From NCBI GenBank assembly GCA_934133195.1, contig CAKPAZ010000005.1, positions 537 to 64,536 on the forward strand: a stretch of DNA of 64,000 bases, read 5' to 3'. Origin of the DNA: an uncultured Bacilli bacterium. GTDB taxonomy: Bacteria; Bacillota_I; Bacilli_A; ML615J-28; CAG-313. Each line of letters starts with the position of its first letter. Position 1 is the first letter of the stretch. A model generated the notes under the pieces. That model was not told the DNA's origin, ran no database searches, and saw only the letters and a list, made by a program, of their open reading frames with translations. Both the position numbers and the translations under genes were made by a program. This document shows, in pieces, positions 29,701-38,550 of this stretch.

Positions 29701-29915
29701 CTTTGTTTCATGTATGTATATAAACGATCATTAGTAACTTTCATGTCACCAAGAGTTAGATATACATCATCACTTTTGTCAATCTTAGGTGTTTTGTTTG
29801 AGCATCCTTTTGCGGATGTAACAACAATTGCGATAATAACAACAAGTATTAACGCAAGTGCAACTGGGGCTATACGCTTAGCGGCGTCTTTTCCAGTCAT
29901 AGCTTTTTCACTCAT
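26745..29915 (-). CDS. Large membrane-anchored or lipoprotein paralog (1056 aa) with two PrsA-like modules, an Ig-like insert and a parvulin-like C-terminal signature (here called LpB)
   Basis: N-terminal TM followed by AKGC. Blocks MKVTNDRLYTYMKQSYGVDEL, TVVARFTVNKKDVEISAETLFEELKAKY and TTYGYHKIIALG. ATG at 29915 lies 6 nt after AAAGGAGTG. Confidence 0.6.
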   Translation of the reverse strand: MSEKAMTGKDAAKRIAPVALALILVVIIAIVVTSAKGCSNKTPKIDKSDDVYLTLGDMKVTNDRLYTYMKQSYGVDELLRLVDSKIYEEKVNEVNVKSTSLDELSGLDKYIMESVFTKVLTSTDEEGIKKANQEKWDDLINSLLMNNLIKSVDEADKDAYKLDSSVWTVVRKFYALQYARREAAKEVYKAELKASREKDGKDGYFDEDKFKEYYEENYSDNVIGLFIPFTSEEAALKAMSSVGINTNSVVLGKDGWVKASYDYNNSNDTTIPASEFLSSTEVMDKFFELYNLVYKYLDKQISSDDYTETISKEKTLSKINAAIKSVLEDHKTVKGNVILPLEVKLNGLSDVATITWSVAENSNLVLGEDGKTLVYTSPVGEDGKDAKNVKVTVTATVKYDDLDESKSTFEFTVEPATEPDEDTTLTVADVDPFYTYSFSKEKLDELEEKGVKLVWSTKELSDINSSLSSILKVDSTTYPLSDDASKFYKTYTIKPQKCGDYYVLAIKWGKQVINDYNDADIKAEIEEKLLEAELTDNNISKMIYQKRQEANLQIFDRYLEAIYDYRYTYFYETTLKLTDYDKYVDSKKKESTVVARFTVNKKDVEISAETLFEELKAKYAVSTAVDLINQYRIISSSFNTIYNSYTNDIKDSKTFRELLENEIGGFRKNFELNYFTYSYLAYYGFTPNFPAKYGWNNFKHDYFGSYSDEELLTNANFGGSVYTKALTAYTESLYTTAGQGTWEETDVYKKMKEAQEKWYGLKVVNLMVYVDNDFDSEVDTQSDKHTIDDDNYEFETSTWTDEQRALVDELLAKVLELADSTDKSGIYNQLNEIVTNYKNAGFEEPLSAPTELDTIYTYNYWAKFKKAGLMLKVESAQDYSNTSSLAEEFLDELETMYKDIKEAGYEGTFDVPYISKNTTETTYGYHKIIALGVTDISELPSEKDVLIYNLVQKASNNANATVTYKKEIYDEAVKTLKDEYDIEYTSGYTLDTEIKSRIDTWYTNAVTELSGSDVLSAKFIQYLKDNKGGINVSDDSAEFNRILDIIIKVSEEDLNK

Positions 29916-30057
29916 TTTTTTCACTCCTTTTTAAAAAAATTGGTTATTTATATCTTTTGAAAATAACAAATATATAATATCATTTTTTTCAAAAAAACTC
30001 AACTAAAATATAGATAAATTGGCTGTTTTTAAGTTAATATTAACAAACATTATAAAC

Positions 30058-30079
30058 TAATGTGAAATTAATGTGAAAT
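30058..30079. repeat. Perfect tandem direct repeat TAATGTGAAAT x2 in the divergent control region
   Basis: Read directly from the sequence: 30058-30068 and 30069-30079 are identical. Confidence 0.9.
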
Positions 30080-30201
30080 CTTAATTTTATTTAAATCTAG
30101 GCGTTTGTAATAAACAATAAATAATCATCAACGTATTATGTAGTAGACCTTATTATTGTTTACTGTTTGATTTTTTAAGCCATTTGAAAGGGGGAAGAAT
30201 C

Positions 30202-30291
30202 ATGAATAATGGTCGTCAAGAATATGGATATGCATTTATCCTTGTATTATTCATTCTACTTGTAATCATTGGTGCTTGCTGGGCATTTTAA
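30202..30291 (+). CDS. YjcZ-family-like 29-aa hydrophobic micro-protein (absent from the ORF track)
   Basis: MNNGRQEYGYAFILVLFILLVIIGACWAF. Strong RBS GAAAGGGGGAAG ends 5 nt before the ATG, and a perfect 15-bp terminator follows immediately. The GY..FALIVVLFILLIIVG pattern matches the YjcZ sporulation peptide family as I remember it. Confidence 0.65.
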   Translation: MNNGRQEYGYAFILVLFILLVIIGACWAF

Positions 30292-30297
30292 GATTAA

Positions 30298-30331
30298 GAT
30301 AAAACACTGACATTGTCAGTGTTTTATCTTA
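30298..30331 (+). terminator. Terminator of the micro-ORF
   Basis: AGATAAAACACTGAC / GTCAGTGTTTTATCT 15-bp stem with a 3-nt loop. Confidence 0.8.
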
Positions 30332-30412
30332 TTACTAGGAAATATTCAATAAGTAATAAAATAGATTTTATAGTATTTTCTCTCATTTTAAATTATTCTA
30401 TTATGTATTTGA

Positions 30413-30441
30413 TTGAAAAATTATGGCCTTTATGGTATAAT
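30413..30441 (+). promoter_or_regulatory. Consensus extended -10 promoter for walJ-rlmH
   Basis: TTGAAA (30413-30418), 17-nt spacer ending in TGG, TATAAT (30436-30441). Confidence 0.65.
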
Positions 30442-30466
30442 AATTTGAAAAGTAGAGGAAATAAAT

Positions 30467-31258
30467 ATGAAAGTTACAATACTTGCTAGTGGATCAAAAG
30501 GTAACTCTACCTACATTGAAACCCCAAAAACAAAAATTTTAATTGATGCAGGAATTAGTTATCTTCAAATTAAACAAAGATTAAATGAAGAAAAGATTGA
30601 ACTCGGTAATATAGATGCCATATTTGTATCTCATGAACATACAGATCATGTATTATATCTTGCGAGTGTACTTTGTCGTACAAATGCTAAACTATATATC
30701 GATAAAATTTCTTACGATATTATTAATAAAAAAACTAATAACTCATTATTACCATTTGAAGTAACTTTTATTAAAGATGATTTAAAATATCAATTAGAAG
30801 ATATTGTTGTTGTACCAATTTCTTTATCACATGATTCTAAAGCAATTCATGGTTTCTTAATGAAAGAATTAAATACAGAAAATAATAAGACCTTCGCGTC
30901 AATCACTGATACTGGAATTATCCCACAAAAGTATTTTCCCATTTTATCATCAATTAATACCATTTTTATTGAATCTAACCATGATGTGGAAATGTTGATG
31001 TCTAGCCGTAGACCATGGATATTAATTCAACGTATACTTTCACCAAAAGGCCATTTGTCAAATCAAGAATGTATGGAGTACTTGACAAAGTTTGTGTCTA
31101 AACATACTAAAAACATAATTCTTGCTCATTTAAGTGAGGACTGCAACTTAGAAAAAATTGCGGAAGCTGAGTGCTATAAATATTTTACCGAGAACCTTCC
31201 CTTTAAACTATATATAGCTAAGCAATATGAACAGCTCCCTTTAATAGAGGTCGAATAA
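30467..31258 (+). CDS. walJ: MBL-fold metallo-hydrolase, YycJ/WalJ-like
   Basis: 263 aa. HEHTDH motif, and adjacency to rlmH as in Bacillus. Confidence 0.8.
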   Translation: MKVTILASGSKGNSTYIETPKTKILIDAGISYLQIKQRLNEEKIELGNIDAIFVSHEHTDHVLYLASVLCRTNAKLYIDKISYDIINKKTNNSLLPFEVTFIKDDLKYQLEDIVVVPISLSHDSKAIHGFLMKELNTENNKTFASITDTGIIPQKYFPILSSINTIFIESNHDVEMLMSSRRPWILIQRILSPKGHLSNQECMEYLTKFVSKHTKNIILAHLSEDCNLEKIAEAECYKYFTENLPFKLYIAKQYEQLPLIEVE

Positions 31259-31717
31259 ATGATAAGAATTATTTGTGTTGGAAAAATAAAAGAAAGTTAT
31301 ATTTCTAAAGGAATTGAGGAATATTTAAAAAGATTAAATGGATATCAAAAGATAGAAATAGTTGAGTTAAAAGAAGGAAATAATATTGATATCACTAAAA
31401 CGATAAAAACTGAAGGCGAAGATATCCTATCGAAAATTAATTCTGACGATTTTGTAATAACTCTTGAAATTGAAGGAAAAATGATTTCAAGTGTTGAACT
31501 AGCAGAAAAGATTCAAAATTTATTAACATATGGAAAAACAAAAATTGACTTTGTTATCGGAGGGTCATGGGGACTAAGTGATGAAGTTAAAAAAAGAAGT
31601 AACTATGCTTTATCATTTTCAAAGTTTACCTTTCCTCATCAACTAATGAGACTAGTATTAGTTGAACAAATATATCGTGCATTTACGATAATTAACAATA
31701 AAGAATATCATAAGTAA
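31259..31717 (+). CDS. rlmH: 23S rRNA (pseudouridine1915-N3)-methyltransferase RlmH
   Basis: 152 aa SPOUT protein. MIRIICVGKIKE... and C-terminal FPHQLMRLVLVEQIYRA. Confidence 0.9.
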   Translation: MIRIICVGKIKESYISKGIEEYLKRLNGYQKIEIVELKEGNNIDITKTIKTEGEDILSKINSDDFVITLEIEGKMISSVELAEKIQNLLTYGKTKIDFVIGGSWGLSDEVKKRSNYALSFSKFTFPHQLMRLVLVEQIYRAFTIINNKEYHK

Positions 31718-31728
31718 AGGAGACATAT

Positions 31729-32595
31729 ATGATTGATTTAATTACAAACATTATATTTTTAGTTGTTACAGTAGGATTTGTTGGTGCATACACATATAGT
31801 TTAGTACTAAATTTAATTCGTGCAATCAAGACCAACAAAAGCATTAAAGAAAACCCTCAAACAGTTGAGGCTACAGTTATCGAAGTTACTCCAGTAAAAA
31901 AACGTGTTTATATCAAGGCACAATATACTTCTCAAAGTAATCATCGTGTATTTGATACTGTGTTTGAACTAACTCAAGCAGAATTTAAAGATCAATATTA
32001 TGTTGGTCAAAAGATTAACCTTGTTTATCCAAAAATTGAAGGTACAAATAAAATTCATAATTTTCCAGTTTACATGGAAGGTCAAAAACTTTCATTAGAA
32101 GCAGGACCAATCTTTACCGATGCCTTAATGGTTGCGGCTGGTTTATTTATTTGTCTATACTCTTTATTTAGAATGCTTGCTGTTAATGCCTTTAAAGGTG
32201 GAGTTGCTCTTGTAAATATGGGATTATCATCAAGTGAAACAGAAATTCCTTGTACATTACCTTTATTTACTTTTGTTATCTTCTTAGTAATTTATATTGT
32301 TTTAATAAGTTATCTAATTGAAAGAATTGTTGGTATTTCTAAAGACCATAGTGAAAACTACTTAAAAATTTGTGGTTTACTTGTTAAAGCAGAAGTAACA
32401 ACATACAAACTTACAAGAACAAAAAATGCTGAAGGAACAAGACAAGCTCAAGTTAAAATTACTTTTAGTACTAATAAAGGTGAACAAATCGAAGCTGAAA
32501 TATATTCCTTCATGTATACAGAAAATCCTGAACAATACATTAGTATTTTATATGATCCAAGACGACCAAAGATGGCCGTATATCTAAAGGGATAA
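31729..32595 (+). CDS. Membrane protein with two DUF3592-like domains
   Basis: TM helix followed by a beta-rich segment ending [10 protein letters not shown]. After central TM helices there is a second copy ending [14 protein letters not shown], the typical DUF3592 ending. Confidence 0.55.
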   Translation: MIDLITNIIFLVVTVGFVGAYTYSLVLNLIRAIKTNKSIKENPQTVEATVIEVTPVKKRVYIKAQYTSQSNHRVFDTVFELTQAEFKDQYYVGQKINLVYPKIEGTNKIHNFPVYMEGQKLSLEAGPIFTDALMVAAGLFICLYSLFRMLAVNAFKGGVALVNMGLSSSETEIPCTLPLFTFVIFLVIYIVLISYLIERIVGISKDHSENYLKICGLLVKAEVTTYKLTRTKNAEGTRQAQVKITFSTNKGEQIEAEIYSFMYTENPEQYISILYDPRRPKMAVYLKG

Positions 32596-32596
32596 T

Positions 32597-34579
32597 ATGA
32601 AAAAGTTTGAACTTGTTGCTCCCTATAAACCAATGGGAGATCAAATCCAAGCCATTGAAAGAATAACTAGCAATCTTGAAATGGGAATTAAGGAACAAAC
32701 TTTATTAGGTGCAACAGGAACCGGAAAAACATTTACAATGGCTAATGTTATTGCGAATGTCAATAAACCTACACTAGTTTTAGCTCACAATAAAACTTTA
32801 GCAGGACAACTATATGCAGAATTAAAAGCTTTCTTTCCTAATAATCGTGTGGAATATTTTATCTCTTATTACGATTATTATCAACCAGAAGCTTATGTTC
32901 CTAGTAAAGATATGTACATTGAAAAAGATTCAAGTATTAATGATGAAATTGATCAAATGCGTCATGCTGCAACATCATCAATATTAGAACGCCGTGATAC
33001 AATAATTGTCGCAAGTGTATCTTGCATATATGGTATAGGTGATCCCGAAGATTATGAAAACTCAATGATAACTATTCGTGTAAATGATAATCTTCGTCGT
33101 GATGATTTAATTGATAAACTTGTTAAACAACAATTTATATATAGCTCAATTAGCTTTGACAGAGGTATGTTTAGAGTAAAAGGAGATCACATTGATATTT
33201 TACCTACATACGAAAATAGTGAAGCTATTAGAATTAGTTTCTTCGATGATGAAGTTGAAAAAATCGCAATCTTTGATGTCGCAACAGGAAAAATAATAAG
33301 AAGTGTTGAATTAATAAACATCTTCCCTGCTACTCACTTCGTAATGAACGAAGAAAAAAAAGAAGAAGCTATACGTAGAATTAAACAAGAACTAGATGAA
33401 AGAGTTGCTTATTTCTTAAGCATAAATAAACCACTAGAAGCAGAACGTATTAAACAACGTACAATGTATGATTTAGAAATGCTAAAAGAAGTAGGAAGTT
33501 GTTCTGGTATAGAAAACTACTCAAGACATCTTTCTTTAAGAAATGAAGGAGAAACTCCATCAGTATTACTAGATTTCTTTGATAAAGATTATTTAATGAT
33601 CATTGATGAATCACATGTAACTATTCCTCAAGTTAGAGGTATGTATAATGGTGATAGAAGTAGAAAGCAAACATTAGTTGATTATGGTTTTCGTTTACCA
33701 TCAGCTCTTGATAATAGACCTTTAAATTTTCAAGAGTTTGAACAAAAAATCAATCAAGTCGTTTATGTTTCAGCAACTCCTGGTGATTATGAACTAAGTA
33801 GATCATATGAAATTATTGAACAAATCATTAGACCTACTGGTCTTCTTGATCCTCTTGTTGAGGTTCGTCCGACCCTTAATCAAATAGATTATATTCTTGC
33901 GGACATCAAAGAAAGAATAAAAAATAATGAACGAACATTAATTACAACCTTAACAATTAAAATGAGTGAGGACTTAACTGCCTACTTAAAAGAAGTTGGT
34001 ATTAAAGTAGCTTACCTACATTCTGAAATTAAAGCCTTAGAACGATTAGAAATCATTAGAGCTTTAAGAAAAGGAACATACGATGTATTAGTTGGTATTA
34101 ACCTTTTAAGAGAAGGTCTAGATATCCCTGAAGTTAGTTTAATATGCATACTTGATGCGGACAAAGAAGGATTCCTAAGAAGTGAAAGATCATTAATTCA
34201 AACAATAGGTCGTGCCGCGAGAAATGCTAACGGTAAGGTAGTACTTTATGCCGATACAATGACTGACTCAATGACAAAGGCAATCAACGAAACAAATCGT
34301 CGTCGTAAAATTCAAAATGAATATAATATCGAACATCACATAATTCCTCAAACAATCATCAAAGAAATTGGTGAATCCGTATCAATCGTTAACCCTGATA
34401 CTGGTGAGGTCGTTGAAGATGTAATTGACAAAGAAACATATAAGACAATGTCAAAAGTAGAAAAGAAACAATTAATTGAAAAATTAGAACTTGCGATGAA
34501 AAAAGCATCAAAAGAACTAAATTTCGAAGAAGCAATAATGTTAAGAGATACAATCTTAGAACTAAAAGCAGAAAATTAA
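32597..34579 (+). CDS. uvrB: Excinuclease ABC subunit B
   Basis: 660 aa. [10 protein letters not shown] Walker A, helicase motifs, and a C-terminal UVR domain ([15 protein letters not shown]). Confidence 0.97.
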   Translation: MKKFELVAPYKPMGDQIQAIERITSNLEMGIKEQTLLGATGTGKTFTMANVIANVNKPTLVLAHNKTLAGQLYAELKAFFPNNRVEYFISYYDYYQPEAYVPSKDMYIEKDSSINDEIDQMRHAATSSILERRDTIIVASVSCIYGIGDPEDYENSMITIRVNDNLRRDDLIDKLVKQQFIYSSISFDRGMFRVKGDHIDILPTYENSEAIRISFFDDEVEKIAIFDVATGKIIRSVELINIFPATHFVMNEEKKEEAIRRIKQELDERVAYFLSINKPLEAERIKQRTMYDLEMLKEVGSCSGIENYSRHLSLRNEGETPSVLLDFFDKDYLMIIDESHVTIPQVRGMYNGDRSRKQTLVDYGFRLPSALDNRPLNFQEFEQKINQVVYVSATPGDYELSRSYEIIEQIIRPTGLLDPLVEVRPTLNQIDYILADIKERIKNNERTLITTLTIKMSEDLTAYLKEVGIKVAYLHSEIKALERLEIIRALRKGTYDVLVGINLLREGLDIPEVSLICILDADKEGFLRSERSLIQTIGRAARNANGKVVLYADTMTDSMTKAINETNRRRKIQNEYNIEHHIIPQTIIKEIGESVSIVNPDTGEVVEDVIDKETYKTMSKVEKKQLIEKLELAMKKASKELNFEEAIMLRDTILELKAEN

Positions 34580-34594
34580 AAAGGAGGAGTATAT

Positions 34595-35722
34595 ATGCCT
34601 AATAAACCAAAAGTAATAATCGGTCTTTCTGGTGGTGTTGATAGTAGCGTTGGTATTATAAAACTACAAGAAGCTGGCTATGATGTAGAAGCAATGTTTA
34701 TGAGAAACTGGGATTCTGCAGTTAATAATGATATTTTAGGCAATCCTGATTTAATGGATGAAGTATGTCCACAAGAAAAAGACTATATGGATGCCAAACG
34801 TGTCGCAGAACAATTAGGTGTAAAACTATATCGTATAGACTTTATAGAAGAATATTGGAACGAAGTATTTACTTATTTTCTAGATGAATACAAACGTAAT
34901 CGTACTCCTAATCCGGATATTTTATGTAATAAAGAAATTAAATTTAAAGCCTTCTTAAAGAAAGCAGAAGAAATGGGAGCTGATTATATCGCAATGGGAC
35001 ACTATGCAAGAGTTATCCATGATGGCGATAAACACTACTTATTAAGAGGTGTGGATAGTAATAAAGACCAAACATACTTTCTATCTCAACTTACATCAGC
35101 TCAACTTTCAAAAGCTTTATTTCCAGTTGGTGATTTAACAAAACCAGAAGTAAGAAAAATTGCGGCTGAACATAATTTGGTTGTAGCCACAAAAAAAGAT
35201 TCAACTGGTATTTGTTTCATTGGTGAAAGAAATTTCAAAGAATTTCTAAAAAATTACTTACCAGCTCAACCAGGAAATATGGTAACATCTGATGGAACTG
35301 TCGTAGGAACTCATGAAGGTATAATGTATTATACTATTGGTCAAAGACATGGTTTAGGTATTGGTGGCCCAGGAGAGGCTTGGTTTGTAATTGGTAAAAA
35401 TCCCCAAAAGAATGAATTAATTGTGGGACAAGGTGATGAACAAGAATTACTTTTCGCAAACAAAGCTATCATTAAAGACATCAATATCATTAACGGTCCC
35501 CTTGTAAATACTGATACCTTATCTGCGAAATTTCGTTATCGTGCTCCAGATGTAAAAGTAAAAATTAAATATCTTGATGATAATACAATTGAAGTTATAA
35601 CATCAGAACCAGTCAAAGCCATAACACCAGGTCAAGCCTGTGTATTCTATGATGGAGAGTATTGCCTTGGTGGTGGTACTATTGATGAAGTATACATGGA
35701 TGATGTGAAACGGAGATACTAA
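34595..35722 (+). CDS. mnmA: tRNA 2-thiouridine(34) synthase
   Basis: 375 aa. PP-loop GLSGGVDSSV and a typical MnmA core. Confidence 0.95.
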   Translation: MPNKPKVIIGLSGGVDSSVGIIKLQEAGYDVEAMFMRNWDSAVNNDILGNPDLMDEVCPQEKDYMDAKRVAEQLGVKLYRIDFIEEYWNEVFTYFLDEYKRNRTPNPDILCNKEIKFKAFLKKAEEMGADYIAMGHYARVIHDGDKHYLLRGVDSNKDQTYFLSQLTSAQLSKALFPVGDLTKPEVRKIAAEHNLVVATKKDSTGICFIGERNFKEFLKNYLPAQPGNMVTSDGTVVGTHEGIMYYTIGQRHGLGIGGPGEAWFVIGKNPQKNELIVGQGDEQELLFANKAIIKDINIINGPLVNTDTLSAKFRYRAPDVKVKIKYLDDNTIEVITSEPVKAITPGQACVFYDGEYCLGGGTIDEVYMDDVKRRY

Positions 35723-35723
35723 A

Positions 35724-38072
35724 ATGAGCGAACGTATTGACGGAACAATTGTAAAAGTTCACTTTTATAATGTAGACAACGGCTATACCGTTGCTCTTTT
35801 TGAAATAGACTACAAAAATCAAAAAAACAAAGAAGTTAAAAAGAAAATCTTTGGTAATACTATTAATATCGTAGGATATTTTGATCATGCTGTGTATCCA
35901 GATGAAGAATTAGTTCTTGATGGTGAGTTTGTAAAAGATAAAACTTATGGTCTTCAATTTAGGTTTACATCATTTGAACGTAAGGCTTTAAACAATGAAT
36001 ATGGAATTGTCTCATATTTATCAAGTGATTTATTTCCAGGTGTTGGTACTAAAATAGCCAAGCAAGTCGTTGAACACCTAGGTACTAAAGCCATTGAGTT
36101 AATTAAACATAATCCCGATTGTTTAGATGAAATCGGAATACCAAAAAAAGCCGCATCAACAATTTATAGTGGTATAATCAATGATCAAAGTAATCAAGAG
36201 GCGGTAATCTTTCTTTTGGAAAATGGTATTACAATTGATATGGCCAATAAGATTACAACTAAATTTGGTCCTAGTATTATCAGTGAATTAAAAGAAAATC
36301 CATATATATTAATGGATAAAATTGAAAGATTTGGATTCAAGAAAAACGATCAATTTGCTTTAAGACTTGGAATAAAGAAAGATGCAACCGTAAGACTTAA
36401 AGCTTTGCTTGGATATGTTTTAAAAGAATTAATCTACAATTCAGGTAATAGCTATGTAACTAGAACTGACCTTTACACTAAGGTTACGAGTTATGTACAA
36501 GAAGAAATTGAAAAATCTAAATTTGAAAACATTTTAAATATTCTTGTTACTGATAAAAAGATATATATGCCAAATCCAGATGAAATCTTTGATTACAAGC
36601 TATATACTGAAGAAACTGAACTTGCTAAAGAAATTGTTGCTCTTTTAAAGGGAGAAAGAAACCCTGAAAAACCAATGATACAATATGATGAAAATGTCAT
36701 TGAAGATTTATACAAAGAAATTGAAAAAGAATCATCAATTGCCTTTAACAAAGAACAATGTTTAGCAATTAAATCTGCCTTTACTGAACCAGTAGTAATA
36801 ATTACCGGAGGACCAGGTACAGGTAAAACAACAATTGTTAATGCCATCGTAAAAATGTATTTAAAACTAAATAAAGATAGCTCGGCTTTAGCTGATATGA
36901 TAGCTATACTTGCTCCAACCGGTCGTGCAGCTAAACGTTTAAAAGAAACAACAAGTATGAATACTTCAACCATTCATAAGTTTTTAGGATATATCGGTGG
37001 AGAACGTTTTGAATATAGTAAATACAATCGTACATCTGCACGTTTAATCATTGTTGATGAATCATCAATGATGGATTTACCTCTAGCATATCGTTTGGTA
37101 ACTTCAATGCATGAGGATGCAAGATTAATAATTGTAGGAGATGTCGACCAACTTCCTGCCGTTGGTCCTGGTCAAGTATTAAAAGACCTTATAGATACCA
37201 AAGAAATTAAAACAATTAGATTAAATAAAATACATCGTCAAGCTGAAAATTCAAATATTATAAAGCTTGCACATAGTATTAATGAAGGAAAGATCCCAGA
37301 AACCATTTTAGAGAAACTTCCTGATAGAGTCTTTATTCCGACTGATAATGAACATTTACCAAGTTTAATTATTGAACTAGTAAAAAAAGCAGTTGATAAA
37401 GGTAAAGATATCAATAAAGATGTCCAAGTTTTAATCCCGATGTATAAAGGTGATGTAGGCATTACCGAAATCAATAATAAGATTCAAGCTTTAGTCAATC
37501 CTTTAAATGATAATCAAGAATTAAAAATATTTGGAGTTAGCTATCGTGAAAATGATAAAGTAATTCAACTTGTTAATCGTGCTGATAAAGGAATAATGAA
37601 TGGTGATATAGGATATATATATAATTTTAAATATAAAGATTTTAAAATTAATGGTTTATCCGTTATGTTTGATAGTGGCATCGTTGATTATACTCTTGAA
37701 GAAGTAGAAGAATTATCTTTGGCTTATGCCATAAGTATTCACAAGGCGCAAGGTAGTGAATTTGATTTAGTAATTATGCCGATATCTACCAAACACTACA
37801 TAATGTTAAAACGAAAACTAATTTATACAGGTATTACAAGAGCTAAAAATAGCTTAGTTTTAATAGGTGACATAAAAGCACTTCAAATGGGTGTTCACCA
37901 AGTTGAACATAACCGAAAAACAATATTGAAAGATAAAATAATTGAATACTTACATAATCCATTAAGTGAATCTAATGATGAATTAATAATTGATGATGAA
38001 GAATCAGCTTTTAATGTATTAGGTGAAAGAGAAATTAAAGGTATAAAACCAAGTGATTTTGAAGATTTTTAA
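35724..38072 (+). CDS. recD2: RecD2-like SF1B ATP-dependent DNA helicase
   Basis: 782 aa. GGPGTGKTT, IIVDESSM, GDVDQLPAVGPG and SIHKAQGSEF motifs. It follows mnmA as in Bacillus. Confidence 0.9.
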   Translation: MSERIDGTIVKVHFYNVDNGYTVALFEIDYKNQKNKEVKKKIFGNTINIVGYFDHAVYPDEELVLDGEFVKDKTYGLQFRFTSFERKALNNEYGIVSYLSSDLFPGVGTKIAKQVVEHLGTKAIELIKHNPDCLDEIGIPKKAASTIYSGIINDQSNQEAVIFLLENGITIDMANKITTKFGPSIISELKENPYILMDKIERFGFKKNDQFALRLGIKKDATVRLKALLGYVLKELIYNSGNSYVTRTDLYTKVTSYVQEEIEKSKFENILNILVTDKKIYMPNPDEIFDYKLYTEETELAKEIVALLKGERNPEKPMIQYDENVIEDLYKEIEKESSIAFNKEQCLAIKSAFTEPVVIITGGPGTGKTTIVNAIVKMYLKLNKDSSALADMIAILAPTGRAAKRLKETTSMNTSTIHKFLGYIGGERFEYSKYNRTSARLIIVDESSMMDLPLAYRLVTSMHEDARLIIVGDVDQLPAVGPGQVLKDLIDTKEIKTIRLNKIHRQAENSNIIKLAHSINEGKIPETILEKLPDRVFIPTDNEHLPSLIIELVKKAVDKGKDINKDVQVLIPMYKGDVGITEINNKIQALVNPLNDNQELKIFGVSYRENDKVIQLVNRADKGIMNGDIGYIYNFKYKDFKINGLSVMFDSGIVDYTLEEVEELSLAYAISIHKAQGSEFDLVIMPISTKHYIMLKRKLIYTGITRAKNSLVLIGDIKALQMGVHQVEHNRKTILKDKIIEYLHNPLSESNDELIIDDEESAFNVLGEREIKGIKPSDFEDF

Positions 38073-38251
38073 GAAAAAAATACCAAATAATTGTTTGTAT
38101 AAGTTATTAAAAAAAACTAATAATAAAAATGCTAAACAATATATTTGAGTACTATCTGAAAAAACATATAATATTCACTGCGTTTAAATCAATAGTTATA
38201 TAATATATTTCTGAATTTAGCACTTTAAACTTCAAAGAAGAGGTGATAGTT

Positions 38252-38452
38252 TTGAAATCATCGGTATTCCCGTTTCTCGCGGGAGGAATGACGGTTTTAG
38301 GTGTTTGGCTCGCATACGCTAATCGTACCGCTCTTGACAAGTTGGTAAAAAGTATTAACGATACAACCGAACAAACAATCCAAAAGTTTAAAGCCAAAAT
38401 GGATAATATGAATTGTGAGTGTCAAGGATGCAATTCTGATAATCCTAGTTAA
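38252..38452 (+). CDS. Small membrane protein (66 aa), YtxH-like architecture with a C-terminal CECQGC motif
   Basis: TTG at 38252 lies 5 nt after AGAGGTGA. One TM helix, then an amphipathic helix. A terminator follows immediately. Start codon choice (GTG 38243 versus TTG 38252) is uncertain. Confidence 0.55.
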   Translation: MKSSVFPFLAGGMTVLGVWLAYANRTALDKLVKSINDTTEQTIQKFKAKMDNMNCECQGCNSDNPS

Positions 38453-38479
38453 AAAGACTTCCAAGTGAAGTCTTTTTTT
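38451..38479 (+). terminator. Rho-independent terminator
   Basis: AAAGACTTC / GAAGTCTTT stem, 5-nt loop, T-run. Confidence 0.8.
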
Positions 38480-38550
38480 AATTTAATTGTGTCTTATGTA
38501 GTGAGTAGAAAAATATCTACAAAAATTAAATAAATTTGAAAGGAAAAAAT

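Noticed and set aside
32597-34579. uvrB is not followed by uvrA, so I considered a disrupted NER locus.
   Set aside because: uvrB is full length with all motifs, and uvrA may simply be elsewhere in the genome. Absence from this window is not evidence of loss.
36593-36973. 126-aa antisense ORF in recD2. Similar ORFs lie inside the CPBP gene (19513-19854), comEA (52724-53065), the RND gene (48266-48514, 50117-50314, 51017-51304), addA (46845-47051) and across the addA/RND junction (47657-47995).
   Set aside because: All are nested antisense or out of frame in genes with clear family motifs. None has translation signals.
38152-38397. 81-aa minus-strand ORF opposite the small membrane protein gene.
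   Set aside because: The plus-strand gene has an SD, a credible TM helix and a terminator. The minus-strand ORF has none of these.
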